DNA from: Gemmatimonadota bacterium
GTDB lineage: Bacteria; Gemmatimonadota; Gemmatimonadetes; Gemmatimonadales; GWC2-71-9
Reading direction: 5' to 3'
NCBI GenBank assembly: GCA_016874005.1
Contig: VGVQ01000003.1
Coordinates: forward strand, 35,019 to 99,018
Length of the DNA: 64,000 nt
The translations under genes were made by a program, and so were the position numbers. The notes below the pieces were generated by a model. That model was given only the letters and a program-made list of their open reading frames with translations, had not been told where the DNA came from and did not search any database. This document shows positions 24,999 to 39,705 of the stretch, one piece after another; the stretch's first letter is position 1, and every line of letters starts with the position of its first letter.

Positions 24999-26215
24999 CC
25001 GTTTTGCTCGCCCTCCTTGCCGTGGCGGCCCTGCCGGCCCGTGCCAACCCGGTCGCGGCGCCGATGGCCGTCGTGGTGGCTACCCCGAACGGCGAAACCA
25101 AGATCCCGGTTCGCTCCGATCCCGAGGCCGGCCCGGTCCTTTCCGCGCCGGCCCTGATGCTGGCGCTCGGAGGCAAGGCCGCGATCGACGGTGCCTGGGC
25201 CGACATCATCATTGCCCGAGCGCAGTTTCGGTTGCTGATCGACGGTCCGGTTTACTCGGTGGGTGGAGCTCTCAAGCCCCTGGTTGGCCGGACGACCGTT
25301 CGCCGAGACACCCTCTTCCTCCCGATCCAATTCGTCACCCATGTCCTGCCGACCGAGTCGAAGGGCCGGTTCCGCTACGATGGTGCCGCCGGCCGAATCG
25401 AGGAAATCGTCGGTCCCCCGCCCGCCACCGCGTCCGTTGCCAAGGCGGCCGATCGGCTCCCGAACGGCCTCCGCCGCGGTCACGTCGTCACCATCGATCC
25501 CGGCCACGGGGGCCCCGATCCGGGCAACCCGGGCCTGTTCTTTCCGAACGGGCTCAAGGAGAAGGACGTCACCCTCAAGATGGGCATCCTGGTGCGCCAG
25601 GAATTGCTCAAGCGGGGTGTGGGCGTGATCATGACCCGGACGACCGACACCTTGATCAAGCTGAGTCACCGGGGCCGCTACTGCACCGACCGGTGCGGTC
25701 TGTTCGTGAGCCTGCACGTCAACTCGCTGGCCGCTCGCCCGGGATACCGAAACGTTCGCGGCTTCGAAACCTATTTCTTGGCCGAGGCCCTCACCGAAGA
25801 CGAAGCCCGGGTCGCCAAGATGGAAAATGACGCGATTCGATTCGAGGCCCCAGGCGAAGAGGAAGTCGCCGGCGGACTCGACTTCATCCTGAAGGACCTC
25901 CAGTCTAACGAGCACCAGCGTGAGTCGGCTCGGCTCGCCGAACTGATGCAGTCGCACATGGCCGAAGTACACACCGGTCCGAACAAGGGCGTCAAGCAGG
26001 CGCCGTACACCGTGCTCGCCACCGCCCGGCGACCGGCGGTGTTGGTCGAGATGGGATTCAGCACCAATCGAGACGATGCCGCGATGATGACCGGCGCCCG
26101 GTCGCAACGGAATCTCGCGGCGTCGATCGCCGACGCAATCATCTCCTACCTGCTCGAATACGAACGACGGGTCGGGACCTCCCTCGCCACTGAAGGCAGC
26201 GGCGGAGCGCCCTAG
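24995..26215 (+). CDS. N-acetylmuramoyl-L-alanine amidase (Amidase_3, AmiC-like)
   Basis: 406 aa with an N-terminal signal. VTIDPGHGGPDPGN, SLHVNS and VLVEMGFSTN are Amidase_3 zinc-site blocks. GTGA overlap with the smpB stop. Confidence 0.85.
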   Translation: MTVLLALLAVAALPARANPVAAPMAVVVATPNGETKIPVRSDPEAGPVLSAPALMLALGGKAAIDGAWADIIIARAQFRLLIDGPVYSVGGALKPLVGRTTVRRDTLFLPIQFVTHVLPTESKGRFRYDGAAGRIEEIVGPPPATASVAKAADRLPNGLRRGHVVTIDPGHGGPDPGNPGLFFPNGLKEKDVTLKMGILVRQELLKRGVGVIMTRTTDTLIKLSHRGRYCTDRCGLFVSLHVNSLAARPGYRNVRGFETYFLAEALTEDEARVAKMENDAIRFEAPGEEEVAGGLDFILKDLQSNEHQRESARLAELMQSHMAEVHTGPNKGVKQAPYTVLATARRPAVLVEMGFSTNRDDAAMMTGARSQRNLAASIADAIISYLLEYERRVGTSLATEGSGGAP

Positions 26216-27090
26216 TGCCGGTCGCCTCGCACCAGGGCTCCATCGACCTCCTCGGTATCACCTTCCAAAATCCGATTCTCCTCGCCGCCGGCACCGCCGG
26301 GTTCGGTCGAGAATTGGATGGAACGGTCGATCTCGATTCCCTGGGTGGTCTGGTTACCAAAGCCGTCTCGCTGGCTCCCCGCCATGGCAACGCCTCGCCC
26401 CGGGTGGGCGAATTCGATGGCGGGATGATCAATGCGATCGGGCTCGCCAACCCCGGGCTCGCGGCCGTGGTTGCCGACGAGCTTCCGTGGTTGGTCAATC
26501 GACTCCGCGGCGCCCGGCTGCTGGTCAACGTCGTCGGCTTCGCGATCGACGAGTATGCCGCGGTGGTCGCTGGCCTCGAATCGGTCGCCGGCATCGTGGC
26601 GTATGAGCTCAACCTCTCCTGTCCCAATACCAGCGCGGGCGGGATCGAGTTCGGGGCGGATGCCAAGTCGGTTGCGGCCGTTGTGGCGGGCTGCCGCGCC
26701 ATGACCAAGCGCCCCCTGTTTGCCAAGTTGTCGCCGGCCATGCCCGACATTCCCGCCATCGCGGTGGCGGCCATCGATGCCGGAGCGTCCGGGATCTCGG
26801 TCGTCAACACCATGCCGGGCCTCGTCTTCGAGGGTCGCGTGCCGAGGTTGGGGAACGGCAACGGTGGGGTGAGCGGTCCAGCGCTGCTCCCCGTCGGTCT
26901 GCTGGCCACCAGTCGAGTTCGGCGGCGCCTGCCGAACGTCCCGATCATTGGTCTCGGTGGCGTTCGTACCCTCGAGCACGTCGACCAGTACCTCGAGGCC
27001 GGCGCGAACCTCGTCGCCGTTGGCACCGCCGGGCTCGCCGATCCCCGGTTGCCCGAACGACTGGCTTCCGCGTGGATGGCCCGTGGCTGA
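26215..27090 (+). CDS. pyrD: dihydroorotate dehydrogenase, class 1 catalytic subunit
   Basis: 291 aa. ELNLSCPN (Cys catalytic base of class 1 enzymes) and a GGV...GA C-terminal FMN-binding region. No pyrK-like gene is adjacent. Confidence 0.88.
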   Translation: MPVASHQGSIDLLGITFQNPILLAAGTAGFGRELDGTVDLDSLGGLVTKAVSLAPRHGNASPRVGEFDGGMINAIGLANPGLAAVVADELPWLVNRLRGARLLVNVVGFAIDEYAAVVAGLESVAGIVAYELNLSCPNTSAGGIEFGADAKSVAAVVAGCRAMTKRPLFAKLSPAMPDIPAIAVAAIDAGASGISVVNTMPGLVFEGRVPRLGNGNGGVSGPALLPVGLLATSRVRRRLPNVPIIGLGGVRTLEHVDQYLEAGANLVAVGTAGLADPRLPERLASAWMARG

Positions 27091-27760
27091 GGTGATCCTC
27101 GCGTTGGACCTGAATGACGAGCGGTCCGCTTTGGCCCTGCTCGATCGCCTGCCGGCGTTGCGGTGGGTCAAGCTCGGGTCGGTCCTGTTCACGGGCGCCG
27201 GGCCCCGGCTCGTCGGCGAGTGCAAACGACGCGGGCTGGCGGTCTTTCTCGACCTCAAGTGGCACGATATTCCGAACACGGTCCGCGGCGCCGTCACCCA
27301 GGCGGCTGGCCTGGGCGCCAACATGGTGACGGTCCACGCCCTCGGCGGTCCCACGATGATCGCGGCCGCGAAGGAGGCGGCCGGATCCGACCTGCTGGTG
27401 GTGGCGGTGACGATGCTCACCTCCCACGACGCGGCGGAAGCCGAGCGCCTCCTTGGTCGGGCCGCCGACCCGGCCCTCGAAGTGAGGCGCCTGGCTGTGA
27501 TGGCCAGAACGGCCGGCGCCGACGGGGTCGTGGCCTCACCCCACGAGGTGGCCGCCCTGCGCCGAGAACTCGGCCCCGGGGCGACGCTGGTGATCCCGGG
27601 CATCCGCCTTGGCGACGAACCGGGCGACGATCAATCCCGGATCGCCACCCCCAGAGAGGCCGCGGCGGCCGGAGCGGATTATCTCGTCATCGGCCGCCCC
27701 ATCCTCCGGGCTCCCGACCCGGCCATCGCGTTCGAGCGGATCGTGGCGGACCTCCGATGA
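27083..27760 (+). CDS. pyrF: orotidine 5'-phosphate decarboxylase
   Basis: Track ORF 26948..27760 trimmed to the GTG at 27083 (27092 is an alternative). ILALDL and FLDLKWHDIPNTV signature. Confidence 0.85.
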   Translation: MAEVILALDLNDERSALALLDRLPALRWVKLGSVLFTGAGPRLVGECKRRGLAVFLDLKWHDIPNTVRGAVTQAAGLGANMVTVHALGGPTMIAAAKEAAGSDLLVVAVTMLTSHDAAEAERLLGRAADPALEVRRLAVMARTAGADGVVASPHEVAALRRELGPGATLVIPGIRLGDEPGDDQSRIATPREAAAAGADYLVIGRPILRAPDPAIAFERIVADLR

Positions 27761-28167
27761 TTGCTGTCGCGCTCTGTCTCGTCGCCGCCCTTACCCCTTC
27801 CGATTTGGCATCCATCGGCGAACGGGCCCGGATTGCCCTGGCCGAGCATCGGTTCATCGAGCTGCTGCCCCCTCGGCAGGCAGTCCGGCTCGAGCTGCCA
27901 TCGGGGGCGGTTGGGGCACTCACTCGCGGCTCCCTCGCCGCGAGGATTCTGACCCGCCGCACCCTCCGCCACCGCACCCTGTCGGTGGAGCTTCGCCGGA
28001 CGGAATTGCTCGACGACCGGCACGGGTTTCTGGAGCTGGTGCGCCGGTTCGAAGTGAGGGGGAGCCGAGAGGTGCAGCAGGAGACGGTGTTGATTGGGGC
28101 CGCGCTGGCTGGGAGCGAGTGGGAGGTGGTGGAGATTCTGGTGCTCGAGGCCGGCCCTGGCAGCTGA
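27757..28167 (+). CDS. hypothetical exported protein (136 aa)
   Basis: In-frame ATG at 27757 within track ORF 27163..28167, with an ATGA overlap on the pyrF stop. MIAVALCLVAALTPS is signal-like. No family recognised. Confidence 0.45.
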   Translation: MIAVALCLVAALTPSDLASIGERARIALAEHRFIELLPPRQAVRLELPSGAVGALTRGSLAARILTRRTLRHRTLSVELRRTELLDDRHGFLELVRRFEVRGSREVQQETVLIGAALAGSEWEVVEILVLEAGPGS

Positions 28168-28348
28168 GGCCATTCTTCGTATCTCATTGTCTGGCTTTCC
28201 GATAGGTTGATCGGCCGTCGCTAACCGGCCGACGGCCGCCGCCCCCGCGTGGTGGCTTGGCTTGGAAGACACCTTCCCTTGCGGTAACCGTAACCCAGGG
28301 CTAGCTTTACAAGTTCCCCGAAAACCGGGTCGCGACAAAGGGATCGGT

Positions 28349-28465
28349 ATGAAGGTGCGTTCGAGCGTCAAGCCAATCTGCGAGCACTGCAAGGTGGTCC
28401 GCCGCCGCGGTGTCATTCGCGTCATCTGCAAACGCAATCCCAAGCACAAGCAGCGGCAGGGTTAG
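28349..28465 (+). CDS. rpmJ: 50S ribosomal protein L36
   Basis: Track ORF 28262..28465 trimmed to the ATG at 28349. [38 protein letters not shown] is canonical L36. Confidence 0.95.
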   Translation: MKVRSSVKPICEHCKVVRRRGVIRVICKRNPKHKQRQG

Positions 28466-28467
28466 CC

Positions 28468-28848
28468 ATGGCACGCATATCTGGAGTCGATCTGCCGCGA
28501 GAGAAGCGGGTCGAGATCGCGCTGACCTACATCTTCGGAGTCGGCCTGCCGACCAGCCAGCGGCTGTTGAGCGAGACTGGCATCAGTCCCGACACCCGAG
28601 TCCGTGATCTCAGCGATGCCGAAGTCGCTCGGCTCCGTCAGATGATCGAACGGAGCATCCGGGTCGAAGGGGCCCTTCGCACCGAAATCGCGATGAACAT
28701 CAAGCGGTTGATGGATCTGGGCACGTTCCGAGGCTCCCGCCACCGCAAGGGGCTGCCGGTCCGTGGTCAGCGTACTCACACCAACGCGCGCACCAAGAAG
28801 GGGCCGCGTCGAGCCATTGCGGGCAAGAAGAAGGCGACGAAGAAGTAA
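28468..28848 (+). CDS. rpsM: 30S ribosomal protein S13
   Basis: 126 aa. [26 protein letters not shown] is canonical S13. Confidence 0.97.
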   Translation: MARISGVDLPREKRVEIALTYIFGVGLPTSQRLLSETGISPDTRVRDLSDAEVARLRQMIERSIRVEGALRTEIAMNIKRLMDLGTFRGSRHRKGLPVRGQRTHTNARTKKGPRRAIAGKKKATKK

Positions 28849-28851
28849 CCT

Positions 28852-29283
28852 ATGACGGCACCAGAGACTCCAGCAGCGGCGGCACCGGCCGCCGAAAAGC
28901 CGGCGGCCAAAGCGGTCAAGCGCGGCAAGAAGGTGGTCGAGTCGGAGGGGATCGCCCACATCTCGGCGACCTTCAACAACACCATCGTGACCATTACCGA
29001 CACCCGAGGCAATGCGATCGCCTGGGGTACCGCGGGCAAGGCCGGCTTCAAGGGCTCGAAGAAGTCGACCCCGTTTGCCGCGACCGTCGCGGCCGAGGCC
29101 GTCGGCCGGGAAGCGATGAATCTCGGGGTTCGCCGGGTCCACGTCTTGGTCCAGGGTCCGGGCAGTGGCCGCGAGTCGGCGGTGCAAGCCTTGGCCTCGG
29201 TCGGCCTCCGCGTGGTGTCGATCAAGGATGTCACCCCCATTCCTCACAACGGCTGCCGGCCGCCTAAGAAGCGTCGGGTCTGA
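28852..29283 (+). CDS. rpsK: 30S ribosomal protein S11
   Basis: 143 aa. [18 protein letters not shown]...[13 protein letters not shown]...[13 protein letters not shown]. Ala/Pro-rich N-terminal extension. Confidence 0.97.
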   Translation: MTAPETPAAAAPAAEKPAAKAVKRGKKVVESEGIAHISATFNNTIVTITDTRGNAIAWGTAGKAGFKGSKKSTPFAATVAAEAVGREAMNLGVRRVHVLVQGPGSGRESAVQALASVGLRVVSIKDVTPIPHNGCRPPKKRRV

Positions 29284-29285
29284 TC

Positions 29286-29930
29286 ATGGCACGCTACTCC
29301 GGACCAGCCTGCCGGCTTTGCCGGCGCGAAGGCACCAAGTTGTTCCTGAAGGGCACCCGCTGCTTCACCGAGAAGTGCGCCGTCGAGCGCCGAGGCTATC
29401 CGCCGGGCCAGCATGGCGCTGCCGTGAGCGGCAAGGGCGGCGGTCGGAAGATGTCCGAATACGCCAAGCAGCTACGCGAGAAGCAGAAGGTCAAGCGGAT
29501 CTACGGCCTCAACGAGCAGCAGTTCCGCAATACCTTCGAGGCCGCGACGCACGAACCGGGAGTCAAGGGCACCAACTTGCTGATCGCGCTGGAATCGCGG
29601 CTCGACAATCTCGTCTACCGGATGGGGTTCACCACCAGCCGACGGGGCGCCCGTCAGCTCGTCCGGCATGGCCACGTCGAGGTCAACGGCCGTCGGGTCG
29701 ACATCCCGTCGTACCACGTGGAGCCTGGCCAGGAAGTCCGGGTGGCGTCGTCGGCCAGGGAAATGGTCCCGGTCAAAGTCGCTCAGGAGATGGCAACCAG
29801 GGGCTCGTCCCTGACCTGGCTGTCGGTCGACAATCAGAAATGCGCCGGCCGGATGACCATGCGGCCGACTCGCGACGCGATTCCGACCAACGCCCAGGAA
29901 CAGCTCATCGTCGAGCTCTACTCGAAGTAA
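29286..29930 (+). CDS. rpsD: 30S ribosomal protein S4
   Basis: 214 aa. MARYSGPACRLCRREGTKLFLKGTRC zinc-ribbon N-terminus and an S4 RNA-binding domain (LDNLVYRMGF). Confidence 0.97.
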   Translation: MARYSGPACRLCRREGTKLFLKGTRCFTEKCAVERRGYPPGQHGAAVSGKGGGRKMSEYAKQLREKQKVKRIYGLNEQQFRNTFEAATHEPGVKGTNLLIALESRLDNLVYRMGFTTSRRGARQLVRHGHVEVNGRRVDIPSYHVEPGQEVRVASSAREMVPVKVAQEMATRGSSLTWLSVDNQKCAGRMTMRPTRDAIPTNAQEQLIVELYSK

Positions 29931-29945
29931 CGGGAGCAGTGTCAC

Positions 29946-31004
29946 ATGTCGATTGACCTCACCGGATTGGTTCGCCCGCACCTGGTCGAGATGACCAAGC
30001 GCGAGGACAATCCGAACGTGGCGGAATTCCGGCTGCAGCCCCTCGAGCGCGGTTTCGGTCACACCCTCGGCAACGCCCTTCGCCGGATGCTGCTCTCCTC
30101 GCTCCGCGGATCGGCTGTCTGGGGCTTTCGGATGGACGGCGTGGTGCATGAGCACCAGACCGTGCAGGGGGTTCTCGAGGACGTGCACCAGATCGTCCAG
30201 CGCCTCAAGTCGCTGACCCTGGTGCTCGATCCCGATACCGACGAGACGATCCTCAGGATCCGGCGCGAGGGCAAAGGGCCGGTCTACGCCCGGGACATTC
30301 AGGGCAGTGCTTCGGCCCGAGTGGTGAACCCGGATCATCTCCTCTTCACGGTTCAGGACGATCGCGACATCAGTTGCGATCTCTACGTCAACAAGGGCCG
30401 CGGTTACGTCGAGGCCGAGATGCACCCGGCCGACCGCTCCCTACCGGTCGACTTGGTCCGCATCGATGCCATCTACAACCCGGTCCGACGGGCCAATTTC
30501 ACCGTCTCGGAAACTCGCGTCGGCCAGCGAACCGACTACGACCGGCTCGCGGTGATGGTCGAGACCAACGGCTCGATCTCGCCCGAGGACGCGATCGCAT
30601 ACGCGGCCGCTTTGGCACAGGAGCATTTCCGGCACTTCGTCGATTTCGGCAAGGTCCCGACCGCCCGCACCGTGGTCCACGACACCGTCGCGGTCGCCGG
30701 CGGGATGCGAGGCAAGCTGGGTCGGCTGATCGATGACCTCGGTCTCACCGTTCGGACCCTCAACTCGCTCAAGAACTCGAACATCCGGACCCTGAAAGAC
30801 CTGGTCGAATACAGCGAGAAAGAGTTGCTCGACGTCAAGAACGTCGGCGAAAAGGCGGTCGCCGAGATCGGCGAGCTGCTCCAGCGCGAAGGCCTTCGCT
30901 TCGCGATGTCGTTCGAAGAGGTCGATGGTGACCTCCGGGTGGTCCGGTCGGGCGCGCTGCCTTCGGCGGGGTCGGGGCTCGGGTCGGCTGAGGAGATTCG
31001 GTAA
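29946..31004 (+). CDS. rpoA: DNA-directed RNA polymerase subunit alpha
   Basis: 352 aa. GFGHTLGNALRRMLLSS, and a C-terminal domain with LGLTVRTLNSLKNSNIRTLKDL. Confidence 0.97.
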   Translation: MSIDLTGLVRPHLVEMTKREDNPNVAEFRLQPLERGFGHTLGNALRRMLLSSLRGSAVWGFRMDGVVHEHQTVQGVLEDVHQIVQRLKSLTLVLDPDTDETILRIRREGKGPVYARDIQGSASARVVNPDHLLFTVQDDRDISCDLYVNKGRGYVEAEMHPADRSLPVDLVRIDAIYNPVRRANFTVSETRVGQRTDYDRLAVMVETNGSISPEDAIAYAAALAQEHFRHFVDFGKVPTARTVVHDTVAVAGGMRGKLGRLIDDLGLTVRTLNSLKNSNIRTLKDLVEYSEKELLDVKNVGEKAVAEIGELLQREGLRFAMSFEEVDGDLRVVRSGALPSAGSGLGSAEEIR

Positions 31005-31360
31005 TGCGGCACCAGGCAAAGGGTCGGCAGCTTTCCCGCACGGCGGAGCACCGCAAGGCGCTGCTGCGCAACATGGCGATGAGCCTGTTCAAGCACGAGC
31101 GGATCACCACCACGACGGCCAAGGCCAAGGAGCTTCGGCCCTACGCCGAGCGGCTGATCACCCTCGCCAGGCGGGGCGACCTCCAAGCTCGCCGTTTGGC
31201 CGAGCGCAAGATCCAGGATCGCGCGATCCTCAAGCGGCTGTTCGCGGAAATCGGTCCCCGCTTCGCCTCCCGCCCGGGGGGATACACTCGGATTCTCAAG
31301 TTGGGCCACCGCGCGGGCGACGGGGCCGAGACGGCTCGGATCGAGTTGTTGGCGGAGTGA
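31004..31360 (+). CDS. rplQ: 50S ribosomal protein L17
   Basis: 118 aa. MRHQAKGRQLSRTAEHRKALLRNM is canonical L17. 1-nt overlap with the rpoA stop. Confidence 0.95.
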   Translation: MRHQAKGRQLSRTAEHRKALLRNMAMSLFKHERITTTTAKAKELRPYAERLITLARRGDLQARRLAERKIQDRAILKRLFAEIGPRFASRPGGYTRILKLGHRAGDGAETARIELLAE

Positions 31361-31389
31361 TTCGAGTGACGACGGCTCGAGAAACAACA

Positions 31390-31415
31390 AAGGGGACCCT
31401 CGGGTCCCCTTTTTC
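31390..31415. terminator. bidirectional rho-independent terminator between convergent rplQ and rpmB
   Basis: AAAGGGGACCC-tcg-GGGTCCCCTTTTT. A-run on one side and T-run on the other, placed between the two convergent stops. Confidence 0.7.
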
Positions 31416-31431
31416 TCGAATGCGCTGGACC

Positions 31432-31623
31432 TCAGGCCGCCTTCGCGACCTTATTGCTGCGGATGCACCGGGTGCACACTCGAGTCCGCTTGATGGCGCC
31501 GTCGACCTTGACCCGGACCGTTTGGAGGTTCGGCATCCACCGGCGTTTCCGGCGATTGTTGGCGTGACTGACGTGGTTGCCCGTGGAAGGGCCCTTGCCA
31601 CAGACCGAACAAACCCGAGCCAT
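31432..31623 (-). CDS. rpmB: 50S ribosomal protein L28
   Basis: Track ORF 31432..31734 trimmed to the ATG at 31621-31623. [34 protein letters not shown] is canonical L28. Confidence 0.93.
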   Translation of the reverse strand: MARVCSVCGKGPSTGNHVSHANNRRKRRWMPNLQTVRVKVDGAIKRTRVCTRCIRSNKVAKAA

Positions 31624-31673
31624 GAGAGTGGTTCTCCGCGTATGATGCCCGACTACCAAGCCCGTAAACATAG

Positions 31674-36884
<5,211 letters not shown>

Positions 36885-36894
36885 CGAGTGACCA

Positions 36895-37851
36895 GTGGCG
36901 AGCGGCCGCGACCCCTCGGTGATCGCCGCGCTTCGGGCCGCGGTCCGAGGCGAAGTCCGCGCGGAGGAGCCGCTGGCCCGATACTCCACCTACCGCATCG
37001 GGGGACCGGCGACCCTGGTGCTCCCCTCGACGGCCGCCGATCTCGCCGCCGCCCTCGGGATAGTCCGGGAACACCGACTTCCCTGGTTCGCCTTGGGATT
37101 GGGCTCCAACGTTCTGCTCCCTGACGCCGGCCTCGACGCGATCGTCATTCGACTGGGCAAGGGGCTCGACTCGATCAGCAACGATGCGGAGCGGTGGACG
37201 CTCGGGGCCGGCCTTCCCGCTCCGCTGGCGGCTCGGAAGACCGCCCAGGCCGGTTGGTCGGGGTTGCACCTGATGGTCGGGGTGCCCGGGACGGTCGGGG
37301 GCGGCGTCTTCATGAATGCCGGCTGCCACGGCGGCCAGTGGTCCGATACGGTGACCAGCGTCCTCGCCGTGAATGGGGCCGGGGAAACGAGGAGCTTCGA
37401 TCGGAGCGAGATCCCGTTCCGGTATCGGGCGAGCGGACTCGAGGGCTGGATCGTCCTGGAGGCGCGGGTGACGCTGAGCCGGGGCGACCCCACGGACCTG
37501 GCCGGCGAGGTCGCCAGGCTGTTCGAGTGGCGCCAACGGGGCACCCCGTTCAACCAGGCCTGTTGCGGCAGCGTGTTCAAGAACCCGGCGGCGTCGGTGA
37601 GGCACGAGGGCCGCGAGCTTCGGACCGCGGGGCAGCTGATCGAGGCCGCGGGGCTCAAGGGCGCCCGCGAGGGCGACGCCGAGATCTCCTCGATGCACGC
37701 CAATTACTTCGTCAACACCGGTGCGGCCCGGGCCGATCAGGTTCGAGCGTTGATCGGCCGAGCTCGGGAGCAGGTCGCGGCCCGCTTCGGCATCGTGCTG
37801 GAGCCGGAGGTGAAGCTGATCGGGCCGTCGGGCGAGTACCAAACTCTGTGA
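36895..37851 (+). CDS. murB: UDP-N-acetylenolpyruvoylglucosamine reductase
   Basis: 318 aa. [22 protein letters not shown] and AGCHGG blocks typical of MurB. Confidence 0.9.
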   Translation: MASGRDPSVIAALRAAVRGEVRAEEPLARYSTYRIGGPATLVLPSTAADLAAALGIVREHRLPWFALGLGSNVLLPDAGLDAIVIRLGKGLDSISNDAERWTLGAGLPAPLAARKTAQAGWSGLHLMVGVPGTVGGGVFMNAGCHGGQWSDTVTSVLAVNGAGETRSFDRSEIPFRYRASGLEGWIVLEARVTLSRGDPTDLAGEVARLFEWRQRGTPFNQACCGSVFKNPAASVRHEGRELRTAGQLIEAAGLKGAREGDAEISSMHANYFVNTGAARADQVRALIGRAREQVAARFGIVLEPEVKLIGPSGEYQTL

Positions 37852-37859
37852 GGGATGCG

Positions 37860-38429
37860 ATGGCGGATTACTTCGTTCACCCGTCGAGCTTCGTCGACGA
37901 AGGGGCCACGATCGGCACCGGCACCAAAGTCTGGCATTTCAGCCACGTCATGCCGGGCGCGGTGATCGGGGAGCGCTGCAACCTGGGGCAGAACGTGGTC
38001 GTGATGCCGGGGACGAGAATCGGGAACAACGTGAAGATCCAGAACAACGTCTCGATATACGAGGGAGTCGAGTTGGAAGACGACGTGTTTTGCGGGCCGA
38101 GTTGCGTGTTCACCAACGTGCTCAACCCGCGGAGTCACGTCTCCCGAAAGACCGAGTACCGGAAGACTGTGGTTCGCCGAGGGGCGAGCATCGGCGCGAA
38201 CGCCACGATCGTCTGTGGGAACACCATCGGCGAATACGCCTTCATCGGGGCGGGCGCGGTCGTCCGAGGCGACGTGCCGGCGTACGCCTTGATGGTCGGA
38301 GTACCCGCCAAGCGGGTCGGCTGGGTGTGCAACTGTGGCGTCAGGTTGCGGGTCCGGGAGGCTCGCGCCACTTGCCCGGAATGCGGCCGAACCTACCTCG
38401 AGGACGAGGCCGGTTTGCGACCCGGTTGA
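37860..38429 (+). CDS. hexapeptide-repeat N-acetyltransferase, WbpD-like (UDP-2-acetamido-3-amino-2,3-dideoxy-glucuronate N-acetyltransferase)
   Basis: Track ORF 37194..38429 trimmed to the ATG at 37860, giving 189 aa. [27 protein letters not shown]...[28 protein letters not shown] matches the WbpD/WlbB family as I recall it. Confidence 0.78.
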   Translation: MADYFVHPSSFVDEGATIGTGTKVWHFSHVMPGAVIGERCNLGQNVVVMPGTRIGNNVKIQNNVSIYEGVELEDDVFCGPSCVFTNVLNPRSHVSRKTEYRKTVVRRGASIGANATIVCGNTIGEYAFIGAGAVVRGDVPAYALMVGVPAKRVGWVCNCGVRLRVREARATCPECGRTYLEDEAGLRPG

Positions 38430-38589
38430 CCGCCGCGGTCCGGGTGGCTAAGTTGCTGCCAGTGTGCGATTTAGGGAACTAATGGCCCGTCGGCTGGGTG
38501 GCAGGTCAGCCCGGCGGCGGGCATCGCCATTTTTGCACCGGTTCTTGCTGAGCGCGAGCTCGCCCGAACCCGACGAGAAAGGGGTGTCT

Positions 38590-39705
38590 GTGGCCGTTCC
38601 GCTCCTCGACCTGAAGGCGCAATACGCCTCGATCCGAGCCGACATCGATCGGGCGGTGCAATCGGTCATCGAGCGACAGGAGTTCATCATGGGGCGCGAG
38701 GTTGCCGAGCTGGAGGCGGCGGTCGCGGCCTTATCCAAGGCGCGGTTCGGGGTGGCCTGCGCGAGTGGCACCGATGCCATTCTTCTTCCGCTCAAGATGC
38801 TCGGCCTGGGTCCAGGCGACGAGGTCATCGCGCCCAGTTTCACCTTCTTCGCGACCGCCGGAACCGTCCACAACGCCGGCGGGACCCCGGTCTTCGTGGA
38901 TGTCGACCCGGCGACCTACTGCGTCGATCCGGAGGCCGTCGAGGCGGCCATTTCCCCGCGGACCAGGGCCATCGTGGTGGTCCATCTGTTCGGCCAGATG
39001 GCGGCCATGGAGCGGATCCTGGCGATCGCGGCGAAACATGGCGTCCCGGTCATCGAAGATGGGGCGCAGTCCGTCGGGGCCCGGCGCCAGATCGACGGGA
39101 GCTGGCGGGTGGCGGGGGAACTCGGATGGTGTGGCACCTTGTCGTTCTTCCCGAGCAAGAACCTCGGTGCCTATGGCGACGGCGGGATGATCGTGACCCA
39201 GGACGAAGCGGCCGCGGTCAGGCTCAGGAAACTTCGACTTCACGGGGGAGCCAAGCAGTATCATCACGAGGAGGTCGGGACCAACAGCCGGCTCGACACC
39301 CTTCAGGCCGCCGTCCTCTTGGCGAAACTCCCCTATCTCGAGGGCTGGAGCCAATCCCGCCGCGAACGAGCCGCCCGGTATTCCGCCGCGCTCGCCGGGG
39401 TCCCGGGGGTCCAACCCCCGATCACCGACCCCGCGAATGAGCACATCTTCCACCAGTACACCCTCCGGGTGGAGCGGCGCGACGAGCTGATGGCCCACCT
39501 CAAGACTCACGGCATCGGATGTGCGGTTTATTACCCGGTCGGGCTGCATCTCCAGCCCTGCTTCGCCCACTTGGGCTACCGGCCGGGATCGCTTCCGCAC
39601 ACCGAGCGGGCGATGCGGGAGGTCATCTCGCTGCCCGTGTATCCCGAACTCACGGACCGGCAACAGGATGAGGTGGTAGGGGCCGTTCGGGGCTTTTTCG
39701 GATGA
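38590..39705 (+). CDS. DegT/DnrJ/EryC1-family aminotransferase, WbpE-like
   Basis: Track ORF 38464..39705 trimmed to the GTG at 38590 (AAAGGGG upstream; 38584 is an alternative). PLLDLKAQYASIRADID, the FFPSKNLGAYGDGG block containing the PLP-binding Lys, and NSRLDTLQAA. Confidence 0.8.
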   Translation: MAVPLLDLKAQYASIRADIDRAVQSVIERQEFIMGREVAELEAAVAALSKARFGVACASGTDAILLPLKMLGLGPGDEVIAPSFTFFATAGTVHNAGGTPVFVDVDPATYCVDPEAVEAAISPRTRAIVVVHLFGQMAAMERILAIAAKHGVPVIEDGAQSVGARRQIDGSWRVAGELGWCGTLSFFPSKNLGAYGDGGMIVTQDEAAAVRLRKLRLHGGAKQYHHEEVGTNSRLDTLQAAVLLAKLPYLEGWSQSRRERAARYSAALAGVPGVQPPITDPANEHIFHQYTLRVERRDELMAHLKTHGIGCAVYYPVGLHLQPCFAHLGYRPGSLPHTERAMREVISLPVYPELTDRQQDEVVGAVRGFFG

